Of a stretch of DNA of 64,000 bases, positions 39,901 through 49,746 are shown one piece after another. The notes beneath the pieces are model-generated. The model did no database searches and was not told where the DNA came from. It saw only the letters and a list, made by a program, of their open reading frames with translations. The translations under genes and the position numbers were made by a program. Source of the DNA: Clostridia bacterium (GTDB lineage: Bacteria; Bacillota; Clostridia; UBA1212; UBA1255); NCBI GenBank assembly GCA_045546695.1, contig JAZQDE010000015.1, positions 1,549-65,548 on the forward strand, written 5' to 3'. Position 1 is the stretch's first letter; every line of letters begins with the position of its first letter.

Positions 39901-41770
39901 AATTGAGTGTGCCGTTTAAAGAAGTTTCAGATTCGGCAGATACCATTGTGTTGTCTACCACGTCACCGTCAAGCCATACGAGGACGGTAATAGCTTTTGC
40001 AACATTCTGGTCCAAAGAAACAATCTTATTGTCAAATTTGCGACGCTCACCCATTATCATAGCGCCTTTATCCTCTTCTTCTTCACTGATTTCATAATCG
40101 TAAATATATAAAGGAGCCTTGATTGTCTTGCTGCCTACAACTCTGTTACTCATATTTAATTTCGCAACACATAATATATTTCCCTGGTCATCAATAAATG
40201 CAACTCTCAATGCATCCATAAGCTTTGTAGCTTGTTCAAGAGAATAATCAGCATTAGCTCTGGAAAATTCCATAAAACTACCACCACCAAGTGTAGTTGG
40301 CGAAGCTGAATCTTCGTATATTCTTTGCATTGCATCAGTCTGTAATAATAAATCGGAAATAGGTGCATTACATCTGAAAGCCAGGTCAATGGCATAACCA
40401 TAAGTTGATGAAATATTGTAATCTCTTCCGGCAGAATCCTCTGAAACTGACAATTTATCTATTTTATCACTGATAACACTTAAATAGTTCGGATTCACCT
40501 GAGAAAGCGTTCTTATGGTTATATCCATAATTCCAAACTTAATATTGGAAGAGTAATCACCTGTAAAATCAGAAATGTCGGCCAGAACACCGGAGCCGGA
40601 ACTCAAAGTTACTTCAATAAAATCTGAATTCATCAATCCGGCAATATCTTCCGAAGTCATCTGATTGTATTTAACATCGCCTATAAAAATCTGATCCATG
40701 TTGATTAAAATATCCAATGCAGAGCGCAACTCAGACCATGTATATTCTCCACCGGTCAATAATTTCAACTGATTGTTTGCCTGATTAAGGTCATTCTGCA
40801 ACTCAGTAAATGTGTTAATCCATGTCATATCAAAATCATCCGGCATTGAAATTTCAAGAGATTTTAAAATACCATCAATATTCTTGTCTGAATCTGAAAT
40901 CAGATTTCTTAAAGCTATAAAGTCACTTTCGCTTTCCGAAACAGAAGCACAGTAAGCAATAAGTGTTTGTCTCATCGCAAGATCTATATAATCAACTGAA
41001 ACCTGCAAATCAGATATCATAGATTCCAGCACCTGGATATCCGAATCACTATATATGTCGTTTCCGGACGAAGTGGCATGTTTAATTAATAAATTAAACA
41101 AATCTGAACCGTGTCGTTGTAAAATAGCGCTTGTATTGCTGTTTGCATTATTTGAATATGTTTTAATATTGCTTTTTGCCAACGCAATAGCACTGTCACG
41201 TACACTGATTGTATCAGCTGTTCCTATTGCTCTTACCCCATAATCCTGAATATTTGAATATGAGAATGTGGAATTTTTATAGATAGCTGAAAAAGTATTA
41301 TCTGTCAGATCAATAATACGGCCATCATATCCATATGTTGGAACTGAAAGCATACCTGTGTTTACGCTATATCCTCCACCTGTCTTTTTAACAGAATTTA
41401 ATCTCGAGGGAAGCAAAACAATATTATTTAATCCGTAGCTCTCATCTGTAAGATCAATGAGATTTCCCCATGTATTATTTGCGGCAGTTACTTTATTTGC
41501 CAGAGACTGTCCTATCGCAGTTTTAATCTGGCTTAAGTCCTGTCTGGTCTTCGTATTCAACAATGCTATCTCCAAGCTACCATTTGAACCAATATTGGTA
41601 TTAATACCTGTTACTTCAGGAGCAATTGACATTGTCAGCCACGCATAACCGGCAACAACTACAAGAATCAGGGAAATTAATAGCATTGCAAACGCAGCTA
41701 ATAATTTGCTTTTTACTTTTTTATGAGATTCTTGTTTTTTTTCCGTTTTTTTCATAACAAATACCCTCAC
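36947..41770 (-). CDS. Giant secreted protein (1607 aa) with a SipW-cognate-like N-terminal signal region, alpha-helical/coiled-coil segments, FIVAR-like repeats and a beta-rich C-terminus
   Basis: N-terminus KKVKSKLLAAFAMLLISLILVVVAGYAWLTMSIAPEVTGINTNIGSNGSLEIALLN resembles TasA/CalY-type signals (GGTWAAFND ... GTLDL). Residues 1-640 are paralogous to the upstream 612-aa protein. YTTVSWTAFAEAY ... NSTQVYIANKQLVATAQAL matches FIVAR-type repeats. Confidence 0.5.
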   Translation of the reverse strand: MRVFVMKKTEKKQESHKKVKSKLLAAFAMLLISLILVVVAGYAWLTMSIAPEVTGINTNIGSNGSLEIALLNTKTRQDLSQIKTAIGQSLANKVTAANNTWGNLIDLTDESYGLNNIVLLPSRLNSVKKTGGGYSVNTGMLSVPTYGYDGRIIDLTDNTFSAIYKNSTFSYSNIQDYGVRAIGTADTISVRDSAIALAKSNIKTYSNNANSNTSAILQRHGSDLFNLLIKHATSSGNDIYSDSDIQVLESMISDLQVSVDYIDLAMRQTLIAYCASVSESESDFIALRNLISDSDKNIDGILKSLEISMPDDFDMTWINTFTELQNDLNQANNQLKLLTGGEYTWSELRSALDILINMDQIFIGDVKYNQMTSEDIAGLMNSDFIEVTLSSGSGVLADISDFTGDYSSNIKFGIMDITIRTLSQVNPNYLSVISDKIDKLSVSEDSAGRDYNISSTYGYAIDLAFRCNAPISDLLLQTDAMQRIYEDSASPTTLGGGSFMEFSRANADYSLEQATKLMDALRVAFIDDQGNILCVAKLNMSNRVVGSKTIKAPLYIYDYEISEEEEDKGAMIMGERRKFDNKIVSLDQNVAKAITVLVWLDGDVVDNTMVSAESETSLNGTLNLQFASSADLIPADNNALQYLSTDISGLNQAVETNKETYDNGQKMYTTVSWTAFAEAYEYAKSIVESEEITVNSTQVYIANKQLVATAQALEEISIEALQNAVAQMREFMGTSDDIARYVIYDEESGSIKSLSEYTEENKDKNVATIFRVNYEKNLKDEGNGVKSVVYTNESWSNLAAALYDAESLVEFDSVANFERVNNALTALDLAYKALERNVFYLPYDYEGALYYFAISNEEDTYGKWYDESFKKVISDLRILELDAKAKPAEIAYIEQDEFIENISSIISPVVKLKSEIYASLKTEEILAVHWNSGTKLVLSIDSKQKIYLAQMIDIAKELGVDPEQYASAVELLEKGTDNILETPTREEAIAEITRLEAVIDNANKQLEALALTNDEMRSLLLAAIHKATEIEGYSNENEEFAELADLLGEATNYVARNDEQFKIIEAYELFSSINEQLVAYDMDEIALIEYKAITDDQIELLNMAINRAEAIIAENEAAGEEAALPVENLDAIKAVVSEANSTTIEDLSQKSAQVLLEKLNNNIVACGGKAVESAQIEAMTEDQRIVLTTAVNNAKTIEGIDVVPEEGEEDTFAKLKEIIAEIESILSSESGVTATKEYAQSLIDSINEQLKKYGLKEVTEYNTILHTLPLGSEILNVTNSVDFASSIMHTSGETGEATINAIVLTKNGVVLKVEKKLTIYDKIESAEIIMDDDKSEHIVGDTVKFFVELTQKQYNKYGSDGNQLFFILEVNEENKIYSALYKLDLSDKHLVKADDDGNIVYDSDGEQVFVDGDDFIINIKDGKIVVLKLDVNEENEPIYSEMTSLDYDSLYAVDNDKNLYFISEDKIIIITNKGEINEYVGYFVDDEFAGYFYVDNIIKSGSHAYRIEKSEDDQSESRVYIGNILVDEDNWSVGQIVPVTVNTSYGEEIDYCTWSSSNVNVVKIIDNVAGECTVELTGSGVAQLSVTIYTKQGNAYTISYVLPNMLG

Positions 41771-41784
41771 TATCCATGTAAAAA

Positions 41785-43623
41785 TTAATTGTCTATAATT
41801 GGTATATCCGCAGGTTTAAGACTTGCGTCAGTTGAAAATTGTAGATTTAATGATCCGGTTAAGCTGTTAAGGCTTGTTGCCGCCAATGAATTATCAACGT
41901 GATCTCCATCAAGCCAGACAACAACAGACAAAACGGATACAGTGTTCTTTGTAAGTTCTGTAATAATTCTATCCTCCGATAACCTTTCACCTATCGAAAT
42001 GCTACCATCTATTGATACTTTAAAATCATATAGATACAAAGGAGCTTTAACCTCAGAATCATCTATATAATAATTACTTACGTTCAACTTTGCAATACAA
42101 AGTAAATCATTATGGTCATTAATGAATCCAATTCTGAATGCATCCATCATCGTCACAATTTGCTCCTGATTCAGCTGTTCCGATGAAAAACTCATGTTAC
42201 TACCGTGACCTTCTATAATACTGTCAGTGGAATTATCAACTCTTACATCCGGCATAGTCTGCAACAGTAAATTGCAGCCAATGTTGGATCTGAAAGCCAA
42301 ATCAACAACATAACCAAATAAATCGTTAATTTCATATGTTGTATTTTCACTGTCTTCTTCAATTTCCATGCCATCTAATGCTTTGGCAATTATTTCGAGA
42401 TGTCCCGGGGAATTTTTTGATAATGTCACAAGTTCGATGCTAATATCTGTCGTATAATCAAAGAAAATATTATAATTACCACTATAATCTGCAATAAGAG
42501 CTAAAGACGCTGCCTCAGATGTCAAAGTCATAAGAGTATCCTCAGTAAGCGATTCTTCAGAAGTGGCAGAAAGCTTCGTCTCATTTATAAAAACTTCACC
42601 AGAAGGAATAATAAGATTAAGTAGATGTAAAATCTCTGTTCCGGAATAATTGTTTCCCGACATTAGATTACAAGCAGAAATTACTTGTTGTAAATTTCTT
42701 TTCTCATTATCTACCTTTGAAACCATATCTTTGATATTGCCCGGAATTGTCGCAGGCATGTAATCAAGAATCTGCGTTAATGGAATCATAGTATTTCCCA
42801 AGGTGTCACATAACTGATTGAATATATCTACATCGCCGATGCTTGTTGCACTATATCCTATTATTGCCTGTCGTAACGCAAGATCCAGGTAACTTACTGC
42901 ACCAAGTAATCTGGTTGTAGTATCCTGAATAGTGGCAACATCTTTATTATCAAACATATTCTGACTATCTGACAGTGCATCGAAATAAATAGCAAACAAA
43001 TCAGCAAAATTAGACTTTACCATTGATTCAACAGCTCTTATTGATGAAGTACGATATGATCTGATTGCTGATTTACTATTTGCAAGGGCAGCTTTTTGAG
43101 GCGAAACGTCGGATGCCCGTCCAATGCACCTGACACCATATTTTTGATTACCTGTATTATAAATAAATTTACCATCCGAAAAAATCGTAGTAACAGTATC
43201 TGAGTTCAAATTAACAAATCTTCCGTCTGTATCATATTCCGGATACGAGAGCAAACTATTTCCTATACTGTTTGTTCCATCAATATTTGGGCGAACATTC
43301 AATCGCGACGGCTTAAGAGTAATTTTATGTAACCCATACTCTTCCGGGCTTAAATCAATCAGATTACCCCATGTAATATTTGAAACAGTAATGTTGTTTG
43401 CCTCCATAGAAGAGCCGATATGATTTTTAATAAGAGATGGATCAATATATGTTTTTTCATTTAAAAGTGCAATTTCGAGGTTACCATTTGAGCCAATATT
43501 AGTATTAATTCCTGTTACTTCAGGCGCTAATGACATCGTTAACCATGCGTATGTAGCCGAAAGCAACAAACACAAGCAGGAAACAAGCATTATAACAACC
43601 AAAAATATTTTTCTTTTATACAT
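41785..43623 (-). CDS. Secreted protein (612 aa), paralog of the N-terminal 640 aa of the downstream giant protein, with a SipW-cognate-like signal region
   Basis: LLSATYAWLTMSLAPEVTGINTNIGSNGNLEIALLN. The central and C-terminal blocks are shared (VKAPLYLYDF ... VVWLDGDHVDNS ... SLNLQFS). A 14-nt gap to the next gene suggests co-transcription. Confidence 0.5.
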   Translation of the reverse strand: MYKRKIFLVVIMLVSCLCLLLSATYAWLTMSLAPEVTGINTNIGSNGNLEIALLNEKTYIDPSLIKNHIGSSMEANNITVSNITWGNLIDLSPEEYGLHKITLKPSRLNVRPNIDGTNSIGNSLLSYPEYDTDGRFVNLNSDTVTTIFSDGKFIYNTGNQKYGVRCIGRASDVSPQKAALANSKSAIRSYRTSSIRAVESMVKSNFADLFAIYFDALSDSQNMFDNKDVATIQDTTTRLLGAVSYLDLALRQAIIGYSATSIGDVDIFNQLCDTLGNTMIPLTQILDYMPATIPGNIKDMVSKVDNEKRNLQQVISACNLMSGNNYSGTEILHLLNLIIPSGEVFINETKLSATSEESLTEDTLMTLTSEAASLALIADYSGNYNIFFDYTTDISIELVTLSKNSPGHLEIIAKALDGMEIEEDSENTTYEINDLFGYVVDLAFRSNIGCNLLLQTMPDVRVDNSTDSIIEGHGSNMSFSSEQLNQEQIVTMMDAFRIGFINDHNDLLCIAKLNVSNYYIDDSEVKAPLYLYDFKVSIDGSISIGERLSEDRIITELTKNTVSVLSVVVWLDGDHVDNSLAATSLNSLTGSLNLQFSTDASLKPADIPIIDN

Positions 43624-43684
43624 ATATTACCTCAGAACCACACAAAAACAGGCATATACATTTTTTTCACACGAAATCTTTAAC

Positions 43685-43713
43685 ATTCTATTACAAAAAA
43701 GCAAACAAATCAA
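43685..43713 (-). promoter_or_regulatory. Putative sigma-A promoter for the tandem secreted-protein genes
   Basis: Minus strand: TTGATT, 17-nt spacer, TAGAAT, in the malQ-to-612aa gap. Confidence 0.35.
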
Positions 43714-43721
43714 GATGCATA

Positions 43722-45161
43722 TTAATTATTGAATCTCCAATATACCTCATTGAGCTTTCTGAAATATCCTTTATCAATCGAATCAAGTTGCTCTTTTGTA
43801 ATTCTGTATGCCCAGTTGCCTTCTGCCCTGCCCGGCGTGTTTACACGGGTATCGCTGCCGTAACCGAGCAAATCCTGAATGGGCATAACTACCAGCGATG
43901 CATTGCTTGCAAACATGCATCGTATGATACTCTTAAGACCATCTTTCCAGTCACCGACATGACCGCAATAATCAAGCATTCTCATTCTGGTTGCATCATC
44001 AAGTTCCCATAAATAGCCAAGAAGCGTGTTATTGTCATGTGTGCCGGTATATGCAACGCAGTTTTCACAATAATTGTGTGGAAGATGCGTACTGTTATCA
44101 TTCGAAATAAAGCCAAACTGGAAAACACGCATTCCCGGGAAACCGCTTTTCTTTACGAGTTCGAATACTTCGGGCGTAATATCGCCAAGGTCTTCGGCGA
44201 TAATCTGAGTCTTTTTACCGGCAGCCTTTTTGATTGCCTTAACAAGATTCATACCGGGGCCTTTGATCCATTTTCCTTCTTTTGCAGTTTTGGATTCTGC
44301 GGGTATTGACCAATATGATTCTATACCTCTGAAATGGTCAATTCTCACAGCATCAAAAAGCTCAGCCATGTGCTTTATCCTGTCGGACCACCATTTATAA
44401 CCATCTTTTTCCATTTCATCCCAGTCATATAATGGATTGCCCCAGAGCTGACCATCTTCGCAGAAGTAGTCAGGTGAAACACCCGCTACGTTAAGAGGGT
44501 ATCCTTTATTGTCAAGCTGGAACATCTTTTTGTTGCTCCATACGTCAGCGCTGTCTGTTGAAACATAAATCGGAATATCACCAATTATTTTTATTCCTTT
44601 ACTGTTGGCATAATCCTTTATGCTTTTCCACTGAGTGTAGAATTCATATTCTATAAATTGCCATGTGAAAAGAATGTCATCATTCCGCTTATTTACAGTC
44701 CACTCCTGCCACGGCATGCCAGAATTTGCCTCTTTTAATGCCATAAAATGACAAAAACTATTAACGTACGGCATAGACTCTATGTACTTCACAACCGGCT
44801 TTCTGTCAGACACACGCATTGCCGCTTTTTTAAGAAGAGAAAAACGTTCTGTCGACAACCGGTCAAATTCACAAAGATATGGCGACTCTTGTTTTGCACC
44901 GGCAAGCTCCGCCTCTGTCAGCAAGCCCTTTTTGAATAATATATCGAGATCGACAAAATATGGATTGCCACTGAATGCCGAATAAGATTTATACGGAGAG
45001 TTATGTTCATCAATTACACAGAATGGAAGAACCTGCCAATAAGAAAACCCACATTCTGAGAGAAAGTCTATAAAATATATTGCATTATCTCCGAATGAGC
45101 CTGACTGATAATCGCCAAACAGCGAAGAAACATGCATTAAAACACCACTTTTACGTTCCAT
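43722..45161 (-). CDS. malQ: 4-alpha-glucanotransferase (amylomaltase, GH77)
   Basis: GVLMHVSSL ... WQVLPF ... SPYKSYSAFSGNPYFVDLD N-terminal signature and DIPIYVSTDSADVW catalytic region. Confidence 0.85.
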   Translation of the reverse strand: MERKSGVLMHVSSLFGDYQSGSFGDNAIYFIDFLSECGFSYWQVLPFCVIDEHNSPYKSYSAFSGNPYFVDLDILFKKGLLTEAELAGAKQESPYLCEFDRLSTERFSLLKKAAMRVSDRKPVVKYIESMPYVNSFCHFMALKEANSGMPWQEWTVNKRNDDILFTWQFIEYEFYTQWKSIKDYANSKGIKIIGDIPIYVSTDSADVWSNKKMFQLDNKGYPLNVAGVSPDYFCEDGQLWGNPLYDWDEMEKDGYKWWSDRIKHMAELFDAVRIDHFRGIESYWSIPAESKTAKEGKWIKGPGMNLVKAIKKAAGKKTQIIAEDLGDITPEVFELVKKSGFPGMRVFQFGFISNDNSTHLPHNYCENCVAYTGTHDNNTLLGYLWELDDATRMRMLDYCGHVGDWKDGLKSIIRCMFASNASLVVMPIQDLLGYGSDTRVNTPGRAEGNWAYRITKEQLDSIDKGYFRKLNEVYWRFNN

Positions 45162-45174
45162 CAGATTACCTCAT

Positions 45175-46761
45175 TTATTTATTCAATGAAATATATTCAT
45201 CGTACGTCATCTGTTTGTCTGCAAATTTACCGGGAGTCAGGTCAATGATTCTGTCAGCAATTGTCTGTACAAACTGATGGTCTGCCGATGTGAAAAGAAC
45301 TGATCCTTCGAATCTGATCAGGGCTTCATTGAGTTCCTCAATTGACTCTAAGTCAAGATGGTTTGTAGGCTCGTCGAGTAATATAACGTTTGCTCCTGAC
45401 AACATACCACGGCAGAGCATACATCTTACCTTTTCACCACCGGACAAGACACTGACCTTCTTGTTAACCTCGTCACCCGAGAATAACATTCTGCCAAGAA
45501 TTCCTCTGATATCCGACTCATAAATCAGGTTTGAATGACGTCGTATCCATTCTACCAATGTATCCGGACAACCATCAAAGAATTCTGAATTATCGGCCGG
45601 TATATATGACCTTGAAGTAGTCACGCCCCATTTGAAGCTACCACTGTCGGGTTCTTCAATCTCCATCAGAATATTCATAAGCGTTGTTATTGCAATCGGG
45701 TCGTTACCGACAAATGCCACTTTATCACCCGGGTGAAGAGTGAAGCTGACGCCATCGAGTATTTTACGTCCATCATATGATTTTGTGAGATTTTCGACAG
45801 TAAGAAGTTCGTTACCGATTGCTCTGTCCGGCTTAAATGCAACGTAAGGGAACTTTCTGGAAGAAACAGGCATTTCTTCGATGTTAATATTTTCCAGAAT
45901 CTTTTTGCGGCTTGTTGCCTGTTTTGACTTTGAAGCATTGGCACTGAATCTTGAAATAAACTCCTGCATTTCTCTGATTTTCTGCTCAGCCTTTTTATTC
46001 TGCTCTTTGATTTGTCTCTGACGAAGCTGTGTGTATGAATACCAGAAATCGTAGTTGCCGCTTAGCATCGTAATCTTACCAAAATCAACGTCTACGGTAT
46101 ATGTACAAATCTTATTCAGGAAATATCTGTCATGTGAAACAACGAGTACAATTGAATCAAGATTGATAATATACTCTTCAAGCCAGCTGATTGTCTCTAA
46201 ATCAAGGTTGTTTGTCGGCTCGTCCATAAGAAGAATATCAGGATTGCCAAAAAGTGCCTGTGCAAGAAGAACTTTGACTTTCATACTACCGGGTATATCT
46301 TTCATAAGCATTTCATGATATTCACCTGTAATGCCAAGGTCATTCAAAAGAATCTCTGCGTTGCTCTCTGCACTCCAGCCATCAAGTTCCATAAAGCGAT
46401 CTTCTAATTCGCACAGATGAATACCTTCTTCGTCTGACATGTTTTCCTTTGCGTAAAGGACTTCTTTTTCATCCATGATGTCACAGAGTTCCTGATTGCC
46501 CATCAGTACGCATCTGATAACAGTAACGTCATCGTATGCGTAGTGATCCTGCTTGAGTACTGACATTCTGTCTGTATCTGACTTAACAACGCGGCCTGAC
46601 GTAGCTTCGACGTCGCCTGACAATATCTTCAGAAACGTAGATTTGCCGGCGCCATTTGCACCGATTATTCCATAGCAGTTACCTGACGTGAATTTCAAAT
46701 CAGCATGCTTAAATAACGTTCTGCCACCAAATTGCAGCTCCAGATCAATTGTTTCTAACAT
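45175..46761 (-). CDS. ABC-F family ATPase (two ABC domains, no TM domain)
   Basis: Two Walker A motifs (GANGAGKST and an NBD2 equivalent), two LSGG signatures, and a roughly 60-aa interdomain linker. 528 aa. Confidence 0.8.
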   Translation of the reverse strand: MLETIDLELQFGGRTLFKHADLKFTSGNCYGIIGANGAGKSTFLKILSGDVEATSGRVVKSDTDRMSVLKQDHYAYDDVTVIRCVLMGNQELCDIMDEKEVLYAKENMSDEEGIHLCELEDRFMELDGWSAESNAEILLNDLGITGEYHEMLMKDIPGSMKVKVLLAQALFGNPDILLMDEPTNNLDLETISWLEEYIINLDSIVLVVSHDRYFLNKICTYTVDVDFGKITMLSGNYDFWYSYTQLRQRQIKEQNKKAEQKIREMQEFISRFSANASKSKQATSRKKILENINIEEMPVSSRKFPYVAFKPDRAIGNELLTVENLTKSYDGRKILDGVSFTLHPGDKVAFVGNDPIAITTLMNILMEIEEPDSGSFKWGVTTSRSYIPADNSEFFDGCPDTLVEWIRRHSNLIYESDIRGILGRMLFSGDEVNKKVSVLSGGEKVRCMLCRGMLSGANVILLDEPTNHLDLESIEELNEALIRFEGSVLFTSADHQFVQTIADRIIDLTPGKFADKQMTYDEYISLNK

Positions 46762-46783
46762 TTTCTCCTCCTGAATGCATCTT

Positions 46784-49150
46784 TTATCTTAATTGAACAA
46801 CGGTAACACCGGCATCTCCCTCACCGTACTCGCCGATTCTGAAAGATTTGATTGTTTTGTTACCCGATAAATATTTGTGTATGCCTTTTCTGAGTGCGCC
46901 CGTTCCTTTTCCGTGAATGATTGTGAAACGGTCCTGATGTGCCAGATGTGCGTCACTCAGGTGTCTTTCGATCATTGCGATTGCTTCTTCGACAGTTGTT
47001 CCCCTCACATCGAGTTCTGATTTAATATTCATCGCTCTCATGTTTGTATTATTTTTGCCCTGAGCCATCGCCTGCTTTTCAGCGGGTTCATCCTGAACAA
47101 GTCGCAGATCAGTAAGTGGCAGATAGACCTTCATAATGCCTGCCTGAACGTAGCACTCACCATTTTTGTTTGGTTCTTTAAGAATCGTGCCATTCGCACC
47201 GATGCTTATTATGCGTACTGTCTGCCCTTCTTTAAGTGTCTTCGGGACAGGAAGTGAAGCAAACTTGTCATCTCCAATTTTAATAGAACCACTGATTGAA
47301 TCAGTTTCCTGCATAAATTCAGCTTTTGCATTCTGAGCATCCTTTAAAGCCGCCTGACTATTTTGTGCTTTTCGTATTTCAGAGAGCATCTTGTCGGCAC
47401 TCTGCTTTGCTTTGTTGACAATGCGCTGTGCATCTTCGCGTGCCTTTAACATAATCTCTTCTTTTTTGCTGTTGATCTTATCCATTTCTTTGCGGATAGT
47501 CTCAGTCATCTGCTGTGACTCAATCTTAAGGCGTGCAGCTTCAGAGCGAGCATTTTCAATCTCGAGACGATTCTTTTCGATATCCTGAAGCATATCCTCA
47601 AATCTTAAGTCCTCGCCTGTCAAGAACTCCTTGGCTCTGCTGATTATCTGCGGATCAAGTCCCAGTTTCTGTGAAATAGCAAAAGCGTTACTCTTGCCTG
47701 GCACGCCGATGAGAAGTCTGTACGTCGGTGCAAGCTTTTCTACGTCGAATTCACAACAGCTGTTTATGAAGCCGGGCGTAGTCGATGCATAGACTTTAAG
47801 CTCGCTATAGTGCGTTGTAGCGATTACTGTCGCGCCCATTTGATGTGCACACTCAAGTATTGAAATCGCAAGGCATGAGCCTTCAGTCGGGTCTGTACCT
47901 GCTCCCAATTCGTCAAAAAGCACGAGACTTCTGTGGTCACATTCAGAGAGAATCTCAACAATGTTTTTCATGTGTGATGAAAAAGTACTGAGACTCTGCG
48001 CTATACTCTGTTCATCGCCAATATCGGCAAAAATGCCTGTATAAATGGAAAGTTCTGACTTTTCATCAGCAGGCACAAGTAATCCTGCCTGCATCATGCA
48101 CGTAAGCAATCCTACTGTCTTGAGCGTAACAGTCTTGCCACCCGTATTAGGACCGGTAATAACCATACAATTGCCACTATCCAGGTAAAAAGTAGTCGGA
48201 ACGACTTTATTCTTATCGATGAGAGGGTGTCTTGCGTTCATCAGATTGATTCTGCCCTCTTCATTAATAACAGGCTTTGCACCTTTTATTTCCAGTGCAT
48301 ATCTTGCTTTTGCGAAAAGAAAATCAAGATATGACAAAGTCTCGCAGTCACAAATCAAAGCATCTTCCCTGTCCGCAGTCATAGCTGACAGCTCAGACAG
48401 AATCCTTTCAATCTCAGCTGCCTCATCGCCTCTTAACTGACGTATTTTGTTATTTGCTTCAACAACAAAAGCCGGCTCGATGAAAACAGTCTGCCCCGAT
48501 GACGACGTGTCATGTACAAGACCGTCAAAAGTCGATTTGTGTTCAGCCTTTACCGGTATACAATATCTGTCAGCACGTACAGTGATGATATTATCCTGTA
48601 TCGCCTTTGAATAACGCTCAGAGCGTATCATCTCATTCAATTTTTCTTTAATAGCATTCTGAGTATGAGCAATTTGCTTTCTGATACTGAAAAGAAGTGG
48701 GCTTGCGTCATCTGCAATCTCGTCTTCAGATAAAATGCACCTTGTAATCTCACCCATCAGATACCTGTCTTCGACGAGTCTGTAGATATATGCTGAGACA
48801 CTGTTTTCGATATCCTGCGCAGCACTGTTGCAATAGTCTATCGTTCTGCTTGCAGCTTTAAGTACCGAGGCAACGTTCAAAAGCTCTTTAGGCGACAAAA
48901 CACTACCGCTTGCAGCCCTCTTTACTGAGTATCTGATATCTTTTATACCAGCAAGAGGCGGCATTCCTTTTCTTGACAAAATAACACAGGCATCGTCGCA
49001 CTCGCAAAGAAGCCTGTCTATTTCAAGTCTGTCAAACAGCGGCACGCAATCAAGGGCATAGCCCTTTGCAATCTCACACGTAGTCAGGGCCGCTATTTTT
49101 TCAATAATTTTATCAAATTCTAATATTTTTAACGTTTTTTCTAACAACAC
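46784..49150 (-). CDS. mutS2: Endonuclease MutS2 (MutS domains plus C-terminal Smr)
   Basis: N-terminus LKILEFDKI, Walker A GPNTGGKT, and a C-terminal Smr domain ([11 protein letters not shown] ... HGKGTGALR). I placed the start at the GTG at 49150 (789 aa, GGAGG upstream). The ORF track extends to a TTG at 49210. Confidence 0.85.
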   Translation of the reverse strand: MLLEKTLKILEFDKIIEKIAALTTCEIAKGYALDCVPLFDRLEIDRLLCECDDACVILSRKGMPPLAGIKDIRYSVKRAASGSVLSPKELLNVASVLKAASRTIDYCNSAAQDIENSVSAYIYRLVEDRYLMGEITRCILSEDEIADDASPLLFSIRKQIAHTQNAIKEKLNEMIRSERYSKAIQDNIITVRADRYCIPVKAEHKSTFDGLVHDTSSSGQTVFIEPAFVVEANNKIRQLRGDEAAEIERILSELSAMTADREDALICDCETLSYLDFLFAKARYALEIKGAKPVINEEGRINLMNARHPLIDKNKVVPTTFYLDSGNCMVITGPNTGGKTVTLKTVGLLTCMMQAGLLVPADEKSELSIYTGIFADIGDEQSIAQSLSTFSSHMKNIVEILSECDHRSLVLFDELGAGTDPTEGSCLAISILECAHQMGATVIATTHYSELKVYASTTPGFINSCCEFDVEKLAPTYRLLIGVPGKSNAFAISQKLGLDPQIISRAKEFLTGEDLRFEDMLQDIEKNRLEIENARSEAARLKIESQQMTETIRKEMDKINSKKEEIMLKAREDAQRIVNKAKQSADKMLSEIRKAQNSQAALKDAQNAKAEFMQETDSISGSIKIGDDKFASLPVPKTLKEGQTVRIISIGANGTILKEPNKNGECYVQAGIMKVYLPLTDLRLVQDEPAEKQAMAQGKNNTNMRAMNIKSELDVRGTTVEEAIAMIERHLSDAHLAHQDRFTIIHGKGTGALRKGIHKYLSGNKTIKSFRIGEYGEGDAGVTVVQLR

Positions 49151-49746
49151 GCTATCAAGTCTCCTCCCATACATTCGCAACAACAGTCTGCACATATGAG
49201 AGATTGACAACAGTTACAAGCTTGGTCGGCTTCTCTGTATCCACGGCCGTCAGATTGGGTTCTGTATGCCCTGGCGTTCATATTCAGTGAATTATAGGCC
49301 TGTCTGTAAGCCTGGTTACCCGGATCCATATTAATCGCTGTCTGAAAATACTGTCTTGCCTGGTCATACCAGCCTTTCCTCTTTGCGATCTCACCCATAA
49401 GATAGTACCAATATGCTGTTCTCTTTTCTCCCGGCATTTTCTCCAATGCCATCTGCGCTTCATCAAGTCTGCCTGCTCTTATCAGGCTGACAATTGATGA
49501 AAAATCTGCCTGATTAGTTGAATCGGTATATGTATACGAACCACCGTTTTTGCCGGAAGCACGATTTTTGGTAATGGTATCATAAGCCAGGTTAACCTCT
49601 TTGAGTTTTTCGGCTGCAAGTTCAGAAAGCGGATTGTTGCCGTACTGATCCGGATGATACTTTTTTACCAATTCACGGTAAGCTTTTTTTATTTCTTCGT
49701 CGGTGCTGTTTTCAGACACACCGAGAACCTCATATGGGTCTTTCAC
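49141..49746 (-). CDS. J-domain protein with TPR-like helical region and a Cys-rich C-terminal tail
   Basis: DPYEVLGV ... [15 protein letters not shown]-domain (HPD motif). The tail [25 protein letters not shown] has 10 Cys in 25 residues. Confidence 0.65.
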   Translation of the reverse strand: MKDPYEVLGVSENSTDEEIKKAYRELVKKYHPDQYGNNPLSELAAEKLKEVNLAYDTITKNRASGKNGGSYTYTDSTNQADFSSIVSLIRAGRLDEAQMALEKMPGEKRTAYWYYLMGEIAKRKGWYDQARQYFQTAINMDPGNQAYRQAYNSLNMNARAYRTQSDGRGYREADQACNCCQSLICADCCCECMGGDLIACC

